Notes: generated by a model from the letters alone, not told the origin. DNA of 57,640 nt from an uncultured Collinsella sp. (GCA_902495155.1 CABUWD010000001.1:1-57640), one strand, 5' to 3'; counted from the stretch's first letter, positions 10,575-20,084 are shown. Translations and numbers: made by a program.

Positions 10575-10605
10575 ATCTTAGAATTTGGAGAAAGTCAAAG
10601 GTCAA
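10575..10605 (-). promoter_or_regulatory. MerR-type promoter of the esterase-MFS operon
   Basis: Minus strand TTGACC-N19-TAAGAT; 19-bp spacer is the MerR hallmark; partial dyad TTTG..CAAA in the spacer. Confidence 0.7.
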
Positions 10606-10755
10606 CGACGTGTTTCGATGGAATACCAGCTGGATACCAAGCGCTTAAGACCGTTCACCTCGTCAAAACGACCGCTTGCCCGACAATGACGGAGTAACAA
10701 ACATTAGAATAGCTCCAAGGTTTTGAGTGGCCCTAGGGCAGTCGGAAGGTGTGAC

Positions 10756-11586
10756 ATGGAACGCGAGTTTTCCCTTAATATCAAGCAGACGGCCGGCCTC
10801 TACGGCGTAAGCGCAGACACTCTTCGCTATTACGAGGCAATTGGTTTAGTTGCCCCAAAGCGCGGGGCGAATGCCTACCGTGAATACAGGAAGGACGATT
10901 TCGGCAGACTCAACATCATCATGTCAATGCTCAATATGAACTACACGCTTAGCGAAATCAGATCTTTCCTAGATAGCCATTCACTCGAAACGAGCTTTGA
11001 ACTGTTCAGCAACGAACTTGATAGCATCGACGCAGCCATAGCAAAACTATCGCAACGGCGCCGAAAGATCGAGCATTGCATGCAGAACATATCCATGTCG
11101 TTAAGAGCACGCGAGGAAAAACAGTCGAGGGTGGTTCATAAGGGACCCCGAGGATATGTCATCGTAAGCGAGGATGAGCTAAGCGGCGACATAATTCCCT
11201 ACGCCACCATTAAGCGCATGAAAGAACTCGGGATGGAAATCGATTCGATACACACGGTTCCATGCTTCATCCTTGACCCATCGCGCAGAAGCGCCGACGG
11301 TTGCCTGGTAGCAGAGAAGACGCTGCTTTCACTCGGATCAATCGACGATAAAGGGTGCGAGATTTTCCCAGAAGGCGACTATCTTTGCAGGACAACCACC
11401 GGACCTGCAGAAATAACGCCGACAATATGGAGGGAAATGAATGAATTCATGGACCAGAATCATCTCATTGCCGCAGGGCCTCTTCTAGAATTCTGGTATG
11501 TAAGCGAATACATATCTGACAATCAAGATGAATATTTACACACGCTAGAAATAATGGTTGAACCCGGTGAAATCGACCAGCGATAG
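10756..11586 (+). CDS. MerR family regulator with GyrI-like effector domain
   Basis: GVSADTLRYYEAIGLV..NAYREY HTH, coiled coil, C-terminal PEGDYLC..GPLLEFW; ATG 10756 after GGAAGG. Confidence 0.9.
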   Translation: MEREFSLNIKQTAGLYGVSADTLRYYEAIGLVAPKRGANAYREYRKDDFGRLNIIMSMLNMNYTLSEIRSFLDSHSLETSFELFSNELDSIDAAIAKLSQRRRKIEHCMQNISMSLRAREEKQSRVVHKGPRGYVIVSEDELSGDIIPYATIKRMKELGMEIDSIHTVPCFILDPSRRSADGCLVAEKTLLSLGSIDDKGCEIFPEGDYLCRTTTGPAEITPTIWREMNEFMDQNHLIAAGPLLEFWYVSEYISDNQDEYLHTLEIMVEPGEIDQR

Positions 11587-11649
11587 CGCCTCAACTCACC
11601 TAACACGCCAAAAGGCAAGCAACATTCACCTCCAATGGCCAAGCCACCA

Positions 11650-11761
11650 GGGTAGTCTTTTTGCGACGGGGCTTTTTTGACTACTTTTTCGCAAACGCAA
11701 GTGCTCGGCGAGGCAGCCGACAAGAGGTAGTCAAAAAAGCCCCGTCCCAAAAAGACTACCC
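11650..11761. repeat. Long inverted repeat (35-bp arms, 1 mismatch, 42-nt spacer)
   Basis: GGGTAGTCTTTTTGCGACGGGGCTTTTTTGACTAC (11650-11684) vs GTAGTCAAAAAAGCCCCGTCCCAAAAAGACTACCC (11727-11761). Confidence 0.9.
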
Positions 11762-11781
11762 CAAAGTGGACTGCGAGATGG

Positions 11782-12048
11782 TTAGAACGAGAGGTTGTCG
11801 TCGGTGTTGGCGGCTTCGCCGTCGGCGAGCACGTCGTTGCCGTCGACGTCCTTAAGAAGCACCGAGACTTTCTGCTCGGCATCGGACAGGCGGGTGCGCA
11901 GGCTCTTGAGGAGCTCGACGCCGCGGGTATAGCTCTCGAGCGACTCCTCGAGCTCCATATCGCCCGACTCCAAGCTGCGGATGATGAGCTCCAACTCCTG
12001 CGAAGCCTGCTTGTACGTAAGCTGCTCGACCGGGGTTTTCTCTGCCAT
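11782..12048 (-). CDS. xseB: Exodeoxyribonuclease VII small subunit
   Basis: LTYKQASQELELIIRSLESGDMELEESLESYTRGVELL..L..AEQKV; downstream of xseA. Confidence 0.92.
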   Translation of the reverse strand: MAEKTPVEQLTYKQASQELELIIRSLESGDMELEESLESYTRGVELLKSLRTRLSDAEQKVSVLLKDVDGNDVLADGEAANTDDNLSF

Positions 12049-12090
12049 ATCTGTTTCCTTTCCTAAAGGTTTATCGCTATGAAACGCGGC

Positions 12091-13542
12091 CTACTCGACC
12101 GTATCGACCGTTGCCGTCACGTTGCCGTCTGCCATGCGCACGCGGATGGCGTCACCGGCCTTAAAGGTCTTGGCGCTCGTGGCCACCCCATCATCGCTGT
12201 ACGCGATGGAATAACCACGGGCAAGCACCTTGAGCGGCGACAGGGCATCTAGCGAGGCTGCCGCACGGCCCAGGTCGGACGCGGGCTTGTTGAGCATCGT
12301 GCGCCCCTGATGCTCCAGACGGGAACTCGCAAGCGCGAGCGCATGGCGCTTGCCATCGAGCCCCGAGGTGCTTGCAACCAGACGCTCGGGCAGGCGCTCA
12401 AAGTTGGAGCGGAATGTCCCGACCGAGCGTACTATGGCGCCCGACAGGCGATCGGCCGTCAGGGCAAGCTCAGACTCGCGACGCTCGACCATAAACGTTG
12501 GGTCGTTGAGGCACGGGCGGCACGCAGCCGCATCGAGCGCATCGCCCAAGCGGGCCGTATAGGTATCCCAGGCGCGGCGACCGCGCTGGTCGAGCATCTC
12601 CAGATCAACCTGATTCGACCCAATCATCGATGCCATCGCGGCACCCAGACGCTGATGGCGCGCCTCGAGCACATCGGCCAACTCCGTCATAGCCGGCGCC
12701 ACCGATTCTGCCGCCGCCGTGGGCGTGGAGGCGCGGCGGTCGCTCACCATGTCGCAAATCGAGGTATCAGGCTCATGGCCAATGCCGGTCACCACGGGCA
12801 CAGGACAAGCCGCCACCGCGCGAGCAAGCTCCTCGTCGTTAAAGGTCATGAGGTCCTCAAAGGAGCCGCCGCCGCGCACCAGCAAAATACAGTCGGGCGC
12901 CGGCGTGATGGCGGCGGCGCGGCGCAAGCCCTCAATGAGCTCAGCCGGCGCACCCTCACCTTGAACCTTGGCGCCCACGCAGACGAGCTCGACGAGCGGG
13001 TTGCGACGACGCAATGTGCGCTTGACGTCGTCGATTACGGCACCCGAAAGCGAGGTGACGACCGCCACGCGGGAGCAGAACACCGGAATACGGCGCTTGC
13101 GCGCTTCGTCCATCAGGCCCTCGCGACGCAGCTTTTCGGCCAGTTGCGCCACTTGTTGACGCAGCAGACCCTCCCCCGCCAGCGAGAATGAGCGAGCGAC
13201 AAAGCTCATGCGGCCCGTGGCCTTATAAAGATTGAAGCTGCCCTTAAAGCTCACCTGCATGCCGTCGCGCAGATCGAACGTGCGCTTGAGATAGGCACCC
13301 TTCCAGATGATGCAGTCGACGGCCGCCGAGTCGTCCTTGATCTGAAAGTAGCAGTGGCCGCTTCGGGCATTGGGGCCACGGAAGCCCGTGACCTCGCCCA
13401 AAACGCTCAGCTGCGGAATGGCATCGAGCGCGCCGGCGGCGATCTCCACCGCCTGGCTCACGCTGAGTTCCTTACGCTCCTGCTCGTCCGAACCGTCGAA
13501 CTCGGCGGAAACGGCATTGCCGGTCAGATTCCAGCCTGCCAC
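12091..13542 (-). CDS. xseA: Exodeoxyribonuclease VII large subunit
   Basis: SGHCYFQIKD OB fold, RGGGSFEDL, GIGHEPD, STPTAAAE, LSPLKVLARGYSI; GTG start with AAGGAGG RBS. Confidence 0.95.
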   Translation of the reverse strand: MAGWNLTGNAVSAEFDGSDEQERKELSVSQAVEIAAGALDAIPQLSVLGEVTGFRGPNARSGHCYFQIKDDSAAVDCIIWKGAYLKRTFDLRDGMQVSFKGSFNLYKATGRMSFVARSFSLAGEGLLRQQVAQLAEKLRREGLMDEARKRRIPVFCSRVAVVTSLSGAVIDDVKRTLRRRNPLVELVCVGAKVQGEGAPAELIEGLRRAAAITPAPDCILLVRGGGSFEDLMTFNDEELARAVAACPVPVVTGIGHEPDTSICDMVSDRRASTPTAAAESVAPAMTELADVLEARHQRLGAAMASMIGSNQVDLEMLDQRGRRAWDTYTARLGDALDAAACRPCLNDPTFMVERRESELALTADRLSGAIVRSVGTFRSNFERLPERLVASTSGLDGKRHALALASSRLEHQGRTMLNKPASDLGRAAASLDALSPLKVLARGYSIAYSDDGVATSAKTFKAGDAIRVRMADGNVTATVDTVE

Positions 13543-13657
13543 GCAGCCTCCTTTCGTTATCGTGCACAAGGGCTCCGGCCCTGCGCAAATTCAAGTCCAA
13601 CACATAGTACAGCGCCGCGGGGACACAAATCTCCGCGGCGCCTGTCAAGCCAATTTG

Positions 13658-14362
13658 TTATCGGTTGGAGTTTCTGTTGTAGCGAGCCATCAGGTAGAGC
13701 AGCTGAATGATCGAAGTGAGCGCTGCAGCAACATAGGTAAGCGCGGCTGCCGTCAGGACCTTCTTGGCACCATTGACCTGCTTGGAGCTCATGCCCGACT
13801 GCTCGATGTACGCCACGGCGCGGCGGCTGGCATCAATCTCGACCGGCAGCGTAACCAGTTGGAACAGCACGCTAAACGAGAAGAAGATCAGTGCGAGGGT
13901 CGTGAGTCCCGCGATGTTCATAAACAGGCCCAAGAGCAACACGATGGTCCAGGTGTTCTGGGTAAAGTTGACGACCGGCACGAGGGCGGTGCGAACCTTC
14001 ATCATGGCGTAACCGCTTTGACGCTGGGCGGCATGGCCCGCCTCGTGGCAGGCGACGGCAACGCTTGCGACCGACCCGCCCGAACGGTTGGCATCCGAGA
14101 GATACAGGTTATTGTCCTGTGGGTTGTAATGGTCGGTGAGCTCGCCGGCGACACCCTTGATACCCACGGCGTTGCAGCCGTTGGCGTCGAGCATGCGGCG
14201 AGCGACCGTGGCGCCCGTGTCGCCGTCCGAGCGAACCTTGGACCAGGTTTTGTACGTCGAGTTGATATAGTTCTGTGCGGCAAGGCCAATCACCGTGCAG
14301 ACAAGAACAACCAGCAGGTACAGCGGGTCGATGCCAAAGCCGTATCCATAGTAATAAGGCAT
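13658..14362 (-). CDS. Neutral zinc metallopeptidase, membrane (YugP-like)
   Basis: LTDHYNP, VAVACHEAGHAAQ (HExxH), TLPVEIDASRRA, AAALTYVAA. Confidence 0.92.
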   Translation of the reverse strand: MPYYYGYGFGIDPLYLLVVLVCTVIGLAAQNYINSTYKTWSKVRSDGDTGATVARRMLDANGCNAVGIKGVAGELTDHYNPQDNNLYLSDANRSGGSVASVAVACHEAGHAAQRQSGYAMMKVRTALVPVVNFTQNTWTIVLLLGLFMNIAGLTTLALIFFSFSVLFQLVTLPVEIDASRRAVAYIEQSGMSSKQVNGAKKVLTAAALTYVAAALTSIIQLLYLMARYNRNSNR

Positions 14363-14448
14363 GCGAATTCCTCCGAATCGAGTTACACGTTGGAGGCATT
14401 CTACCCATTCGACTGACCAGCAAATCAACATCGATGTTTTGGCAATGT

Positions 14449-14593
14449 CAGCGAAAACGGCCGAGAGCGAGCAAGGTGACGTGAAAGAGAAGCGACGCGT
14501 ACTTTGGTACGCGAGCGACGATTGAACGTCAGATTGCCGCTCTCGGCCGTTTGCAGCGTCGAGCTGTTACGCGGTTTGGTAAAACCGCGTAAC
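14449..14593. repeat. Structured dispersed repeat, copy 1 (after rnd stop)
   Basis: Core GTGAAAGAGAAGCGACGCGTAC-TTTG-GTACGCGAGCGACG in a long stem, plus GTTACGCGGTTT..AAACCGCGTAAC hairpin; matches 46299-46444 and the reverse complement of 20085-20184. Confidence 0.9.
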
Positions 14594-14600
14594 TATATAC

Positions 14601-15734
14601 CTACAGCAATTCAATTTTGCCGTCCTTCACCGTCAACCCCATATTGCCCGAGAGCAAATCGTCCAAACGCGAACCCACAAGCTCAAAGCGCCAACCTTCG
14701 CGCAGGGGGCTTTGCTCGGGATGCTCGATGTAATCGGCCAGGTCATCGCGCGAGGCAATGACCGAGGTCGCCACGCCCGAGCGCTCGGCAACCAGGCGAA
14801 TGAGCGCATACATCAGGTCCGTCACGCTCTCCAACTCCGGCGAAATCTGACGGTGCCCGCGCACCATGAGCGGCAGGCGATCGTGCGGGCAGCTCGCACC
14901 GCGCTTAATGGCCATGAGTGCGCCGTCCACGTCGCGCTCACCCAGCTGATCGGTGCCGCGGATGCTGCGGAACTCCTCAACGCGCACAGGATTGCGCTTG
15001 ACGAGCGCCAGCAGCGTATCGTCGGACATGACCCACTTGCGCGGGATGTTGCGCCGCTCAGCGCGGTCCTCGCGCCAGGCTGCAAGCTCGCGCGCAATGC
15101 CCAGCTGATGGCGGCTGCAGGAGTTGATGCGCTTGACCTTGCGGAATGCCTCATGGCGGTCGGCGCGGTAGTGTGACTCGTCGGCCAGCGGACGCAACTC
15201 GTCGAGCACCCAGTCCACGCGGCCCAGCTCACGCAGGCGGCTCATCATCTCGGTATAGGCGACGATCAGGTACTTGACGTCATCGATCGCGTACTCGATC
15301 TGTTTGTCGGTCAGCGGGCGGCGCGACCAATCGGTCAGCGACTCGGTCTTGGGCAACGAGACGCCGCAAAACGTCTGCACGAGCGCGCCGTAGGAAATCT
15401 GCTGGCGCTCGCCCAAAAAGGCGGCGGCCACCTGCGTGTCAAAAATGGGACGCGGCAGCACGCCCACGGTATGGAGCATGACCTCCATATCCTGCGAGCA
15501 GGCGTGGAAGACCTTAGTCACGCTCTCGTCGGCCATAAGCTCGGCAAGCGGCGACAGGTCGTCGATCACCAAAGGATCGACCGCGACGCTCTCGGCAGGG
15601 GTGGCAATCTGAACCAAGCACAGGCGCGGGTGGAACGTGCGCTCGCGCAAAAACTCGGTATCGACGGCAATCGCGTCAAACTCACGGGCGCGCTGGCAAA
15701 AGTCGAGCAGAGCCTGATGTGTGGAAATGTACAT
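14601..15734 (-). CDS. rnd: Ribonuclease D
   Basis: DTEFLRERTF, FHACSQD, FDTQVAA, TDWSRRPL, YAIDDV (DEDDy) and HRDC region WREDRAERRNIP. Confidence 0.93.
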   Translation of the reverse strand: MYISTHQALLDFCQRAREFDAIAVDTEFLRERTFHPRLCLVQIATPAESVAVDPLVIDDLSPLAELMADESVTKVFHACSQDMEVMLHTVGVLPRPIFDTQVAAAFLGERQQISYGALVQTFCGVSLPKTESLTDWSRRPLTDKQIEYAIDDVKYLIVAYTEMMSRLRELGRVDWVLDELRPLADESHYRADRHEAFRKVKRINSCSRHQLGIARELAAWREDRAERRNIPRKWVMSDDTLLALVKRNPVRVEEFRSIRGTDQLGERDVDGALMAIKRGASCPHDRLPLMVRGHRQISPELESVTDLMYALIRLVAERSGVATSVIASRDDLADYIEHPEQSPLREGWRFELVGSRLDDLLSGNMGLTVKDGKIELL

Positions 15735-15832
15735 ATCAACCCATCGAATAAGGTTAGGCCCGAAAAACACGGGTAGGATATCGGCATTGCCCTACAACTA
15801 TACTCGGTTAGTCACAGAACGGGAACGTAAGT

Positions 15833-16750
15833 ATGCGCTGCCTTATCATCCACAACCCGGCATCGGGCCCCAGCTCAGATGAAATCTACGCATTCACGCA
15901 CGCCCTCGCACAGGGCGGCGACGAGGTCGTGATGCGCTTTATCGGCGATGGCATGGAGCCCGAGGACGCCGTGGCAGACGTGCGCGAATTCGATCGCGTG
16001 GTTGTCTCGGGCGGCGACGGCACCGTTTCCAACGTGCTCGACCAGATGCGCGGGTGCGGCGTCCCCACGCTCGTCTTCCCCTCCGGCACGGCTTGCCTGT
16101 TCTTCAACAACATCGGCAATGCCCCCGAGGCGGCGGCGCTCGCCAAGGCATGCCGCGCCGGCCGCACGGTCAAAGTCGACATGGGCGAGCTCTTTTGGCT
16201 CGACGAGAACGGCAACGAGAAGCGCCATGGCTTTATCATCATCGCTGGCTCAGGCTTCGACGCCGAGATCATGATGAAGGCCGCTCCCACCAAAAACGAC
16301 ATCGGCGAGATCGCCTACTTCCTCTCTGCGCTCGCCACGCCCAACCCCACGGTGGCGCACTTTACGATTGAGCACGACGGCATTGTCGAGGAGCTCGACG
16401 GCATCTGCTGCATGGCCGGCAATACCTCGGTCATCCAAAACGACATCAACCTGTTCCCCGACTGCCGCATGAACGATGGCATGGTCGACATTGCGGTCAT
16501 CGAACCCGTGCGCACCGTGCAGCTGTTGCCTACTGTGATCACCGCTGCGCTTGACCCCGCCGGTAAGGTACTCGGGCGCCCGCAGTTCAAGATCATCCAG
16601 ACCAAGGAAGCCAAGATTACCTGCACCCCGTCGCTGGGCATGCAGTTCGATGGCGAGATTATCTCCAGCAATTCGGGCGTCTTTGGAGCCCGCGCGCTTC
16701 CGCAATGCCTCGACCTCATCGTCGACGAATTCTCACCGCTTGGTAAATAG
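15833..16750 (+). CDS. Diacylglycerol/lipid kinase family protein
   Basis: HNPASG, SGGDGTV, FPSGT, GFDAE, QFDGE motifs. Confidence 0.9.
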   Translation: MRCLIIHNPASGPSSDEIYAFTHALAQGGDEVVMRFIGDGMEPEDAVADVREFDRVVVSGGDGTVSNVLDQMRGCGVPTLVFPSGTACLFFNNIGNAPEAAALAKACRAGRTVKVDMGELFWLDENGNEKRHGFIIIAGSGFDAEIMMKAAPTKNDIGEIAYFLSALATPNPTVAHFTIEHDGIVEELDGICCMAGNTSVIQNDINLFPDCRMNDGMVDIAVIEPVRTVQLLPTVITAALDPAGKVLGRPQFKIIQTKEAKITCTPSLGMQFDGEIISSNSGVFGARALPQCLDLIVDEFSPLGK

Positions 16751-16759
16751 GAGGACCCC

Positions 16760-16852
16760 ATGAACGACAATCCCCTGATCGGCTTTATCATCATCGTTTT
16801 GGCCATGCTCGTCGGCTATGCGATCAACGTGATCCACCGCCGGAAGAAGTAA
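16760..16852 (+). CDS. 30-aa single-pass membrane protein (not in ORF track)
   Basis: AGGAGG RBS; MNDNPLIGFIIIVLAMLVGYAINVIHRRKK*; hydrophobic helix plus basic tail; host-like codons. Confidence 0.7.
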   Translation: MNDNPLIGFIIIVLAMLVGYAINVIHRRKK

Positions 16853-16887
16853 TTCCACATTGGTATGATATTCATCCAATTATCGTC

Positions 16888-16929
16888 TCCCCTGCTGTTT
16901 ATGCATTTGCCAAACAGCGGGGGATTTTT
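16888..16929 (+). terminator. Intrinsic terminator
   Basis: TCCCCTGCTGTTT/AAACAGCGGGGGA stem followed by TTTTT. Confidence 0.75.
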
Positions 16930-17158
16930 CATTTCGGTATTTCCAGACGCTTTATCCAGATACAGTAATTGCAGGGCGTCTTTATTTGGCTAAAGCTACA
17001 GACTGAGTATAATTAACCGCTCATCGTATATTTCATTACGCTTATCGAGTAAGTATTTTTCATAGATGAATATTGTTTCCGATTCGTTACGCTAAGGGAG
17101 TGTCTTTATTGGCTGAAGCCCTCTGGCGACAGAGGGCTTTCGCACGCTGGGAGGGATT

Positions 17159-19105
17159 ATGAGGAAAACTCACCCCGTCAACGCGCTCAAGAAGCTAGGC
17201 ATAGGCCTCGCCTTTGGAGCTGCAACCATCATGTCCATGCCGACCTCTGCGCTCGCCTGCACGCAGATCTACATGGGCAAAAACCTAACGGCCGATGGCA
17301 ATACGTATTATGGCCGCACCGAGGACGTTGGCACACGTTACCTCAAGCACTATGGCATTGAACCCTCGCATGGTCCCGGCCATATCTACGGCTCAGACGA
17401 GTCCGACTTCGCATACACCTCGACCAAGACCACATATCGTTATAGCTACGTGCGCGACCACCCTTCGCAGTGGCACGGACGCTGGGACGCCTACTCCGAA
17501 GCGGGAATTAACGAGAAGGGCGTTTCTTGCTCTGCCACGCTGAGCACGAGCATGAATGACGAAGCAAAGGCCGCAGATCCCCTGACCAAAACAGGCATCA
17601 GCGAATACGTCTACGCCGGCGTCATCCTTGGCGAGAGCGGCACGGCCCGCGAGGGAGTCGAGCTCATCGGCAGGCTCATTAACGAACAGGGCGCCAACGC
17701 CAACGACCAGCTCATCATTGCCGACAACAATGAGACCTGGCTGTTCGCCGCGCTTTCCGGCCATCAGTGGATTGCCATGAAGTTGACCGATGATATCGCG
17801 TCGCTCAATCCCAATATCAGCAATCTCAACTTCAAGGTTAACCTCGATGACACCGTAAACTGCATTCACTCCGAAGGCATTAAGTCCCTACCTGAAGAAA
17901 AGGGTTTCGCCAAGTATTTCGACGACGGACAGTTCGATGTTGCCCAGACCTACGGTTCGCCCATCGACAAAACTTCCGTTCACGCTTGGTCGCGCTACGT
18001 CCAGGGCCGCGATTACCTTGGGGCTCCGCTTACTGAGGGCACCGACTATGAAATCGTCCAGGACACTAGCGAAAAACCGCGCGCTAAGGTTGGCGCCATG
18101 GTAAATGAAATGCAGCCGCTGTTCTTCCAACCCGAAAAGTCCGGTTGGAATACTTTTGAACTTATTCGCGCCTTTGGCAATCGTGGCGAAAACGTTCCCG
18201 GCCTCAGCGCCAACACCGATGGTGCCTATTGCATCGGCACCGAGCGCAACGGTGAGGCCCATCTCTTCCAGATTCGCAACGGCCTCAACCCTGAAATTGC
18301 GACCATCCAATGGGAGATGCTCTCTCGAGCTGAATTCTCCATCGCCATCCCGCTGTACTCCGCCCTGATGACCGAGGTCAGCCCCTACTTCAGCGACCAG
18401 ACCGTATCTTTCGACCACTGCGACGAAACAGACGTTGTAAACAACGAAGAGCCTGAGAACTCCATCAACTACGTCTTTATGGACATCAGCTCGCTTGCCT
18501 TCGAGAATCGTGCCACCCTCGGTGCTGGCGTCCATGCCTATCTTGACGCCCTCCAGAATGAGCTCATCGAGCAGAACAAGGAAGTTGACGCCGCCATGCT
18601 GGCCGAAACGACCACCGAGGGCCGCACTGCCCTAGCCAACAAGGCCGGCAAGGCTGCCACCGAGAACACCTACAAGAAGTGCAAGGCCCTGCTCCAGGAG
18701 ATGCGCGCCTATCAGAAGGCCGGAAACTTCGAACAGCCCTTCACCCCAAGCGATCTGAACACCGAGACCAAGGGCCTCAAGGTGTCCATTACCTACGCCC
18801 AGGACGCTCTTGCCACCGACCCGGTCACCCCGGATCAGCCCGGCACCCCCGAGCAGCCTGGTACTCCTGAGCAGCCCGGTACCCCCGAGCAGCCCGCTAA
18901 GCCCGAGCAGCCAGACGCCAAGCCTGAGAAGCCTAGCAAGTCCGACACCACGACCACGGTAACCACTAACAAGACGAACACCAAGGGCGGCCTGCCCACC
19001 ACTGGCGATCGTTTTGATGGCCGCATGGTGGCCGCATTCGCCATCGCTGGCGTTGCCGTCATCTCCGCGGGCGGTTACTTCCTCTACCGTCGCAATAAGG
19101 AGTAA
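17159..19105 (+). CDS. Secreted, sortase-anchored C69 family dipeptidase
   Basis: Signal peptide ending ALA|CTQI (N-terminal Cys nucleophile), GRTED, EAGINEKGV; PEQPGT repeats; LPTTG + TM helix + RRNKE tail. Confidence 0.88.
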   Translation: MRKTHPVNALKKLGIGLAFGAATIMSMPTSALACTQIYMGKNLTADGNTYYGRTEDVGTRYLKHYGIEPSHGPGHIYGSDESDFAYTSTKTTYRYSYVRDHPSQWHGRWDAYSEAGINEKGVSCSATLSTSMNDEAKAADPLTKTGISEYVYAGVILGESGTAREGVELIGRLINEQGANANDQLIIADNNETWLFAALSGHQWIAMKLTDDIASLNPNISNLNFKVNLDDTVNCIHSEGIKSLPEEKGFAKYFDDGQFDVAQTYGSPIDKTSVHAWSRYVQGRDYLGAPLTEGTDYEIVQDTSEKPRAKVGAMVNEMQPLFFQPEKSGWNTFELIRAFGNRGENVPGLSANTDGAYCIGTERNGEAHLFQIRNGLNPEIATIQWEMLSRAEFSIAIPLYSALMTEVSPYFSDQTVSFDHCDETDVVNNEEPENSINYVFMDISSLAFENRATLGAGVHAYLDALQNELIEQNKEVDAAMLAETTTEGRTALANKAGKAATENTYKKCKALLQEMRAYQKAGNFEQPFTPSDLNTETKGLKVSITYAQDALATDPVTPDQPGTPEQPGTPEQPGTPEQPAKPEQPDAKPEKPSKSDTTTTVTTNKTNTKGGLPTTGDRFDGRMVAAFAIAGVAVISAGGYFLYRRNKE

Positions 19106-19292
19106 CGTCTTAGCTGAGCGGACAAGGCAGCAATGGCAGCCTCGCCCGCTCAACCCGCTCTTTTGACCGGCGGGAAACCCGCCTGAAATCTTTTCAAAAA
19201 AGATTTCCCCGCACACACTTCGCTGTGCTATAGTGCAGCGCAACAGCAACTAGGTGCGACCGCGCCATGGCATCACGAAAGGAGCCACCGAC

Positions 19293-19361
19293 ATGAAGAA
19301 CACGATGACGTCTCTCAACAACTGGTGGTGGCGTGATGCGAATACGATCGGTCGACGGTGA
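19293..19361 (+). CDS. Tryptophan attenuator leader peptide
   Basis: AAAGGAG RBS; MKNTMTSLNNWWWRDANTIGRR* with three tandem TGG codons. Confidence 0.85.
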   Translation: MKNTMTSLNNWWWRDANTIGRR

Positions 19362-19397
19362 GTCCCTCACGCCTGTTTTTGCGCTCTAGGTGATTGG

Positions 19398-19430
19398 AAG
19401 GCCTCCGGTTTCGACCGGGGGCCTTTTTCT
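19398..19430 (+). terminator. Attenuator terminator hairpin
   Basis: AAGGCCTCCGGT-TTCG-ACCGGGGGCCTT followed by a T-run, between leader and first transporter gene. Confidence 0.85.
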
Positions 19431-19505
19431 ATCTCGAGCCCGATCGCATTCGCATCACGCGCCTCCGCTTTTCTCTTGCACTCCCATTCCGAAAGGATTT
19501 TCACC

Positions 19506-20078
19506 ATGTCTCAGAACACCACCGCCACCCAGCCCCGCACCGTCCAGACCGCCGACCGCGGCAAACTCGATGTCCGCGCCCTCGTCCTACTCGCCATCCT
19601 GCTTGCCGCCGGCTTTATCCTCAACTTCACCGTCGGTAAGGCCATCTCGGGCATCTCGGGCGGCATGATCAGCCCCGAGTTCATCATCTCGGCCTTCTGC
19701 CTCACCATCTTGGTCGTGCGCCCCAACATCGGTCAGGCGCTCATCATCGGCCTGATCTCGGCCGCCGTGATCCAGATCACCACCACCTCGCCGTTCATCG
19801 ATTTTGCCGCCGAGGGCATCGCCGCCATGCTTATGGCCGCCATCGTCAACGCTGCCGGCAAGAACGGCCAAGTTAAGCCTGTCGTCGCCATTGTCGCCAC
19901 CTTCGTGACCACCTTTGTCTCGGGCGTCATCTTCATGGCTATCAAGATGGCTATGCTCGGCGTGGTGGGCGAGCTCGCTGCCGCCATGCTGCCTGTCGTC
20001 GCCATGACCGCCGTCTTTAACGCCATTCTGGTCGGTGCCCTCTACTTGCCCATCCAGAAGGCCCTTAAGCTCAACTAA
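19506..20078 (+). CDS. ECF S component 1, probable tryptophan transporter (TrpP-like)
   Basis: ~190 aa highly hydrophobic; LVLLAILLAAGFIL..PEFII pattern; Trp leader upstream, ECF A/T genes downstream. Confidence 0.7.
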   Translation: MSQNTTATQPRTVQTADRGKLDVRALVLLAILLAAGFILNFTVGKAISGISGGMISPEFIISAFCLTILVVRPNIGQALIIGLISAAVIQITTTSPFIDFAAEGIAAMLMAAIVNAAGKNGQVKPVVAIVATFVTTFVSGVIFMAIKMAMLGVVGELAAAMLPVVAMTAVFNAILVGALYLPIQKALKLN

Positions 20079-20084
20079 CCCGCT

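Noticed and set aside
14449..14593. Structured repeat read as integron attC sites or CRISPR repeats
   Set aside because: No RYYYAAC/GTTRRRY boxes, no integrase or cas genes, not tandem, and neighbours are core genes
18829..18912. 18-bp tandem repeats
   Set aside because: In-frame PEQPGT stalk of the LPXTG protein with synonymous variation; not an array
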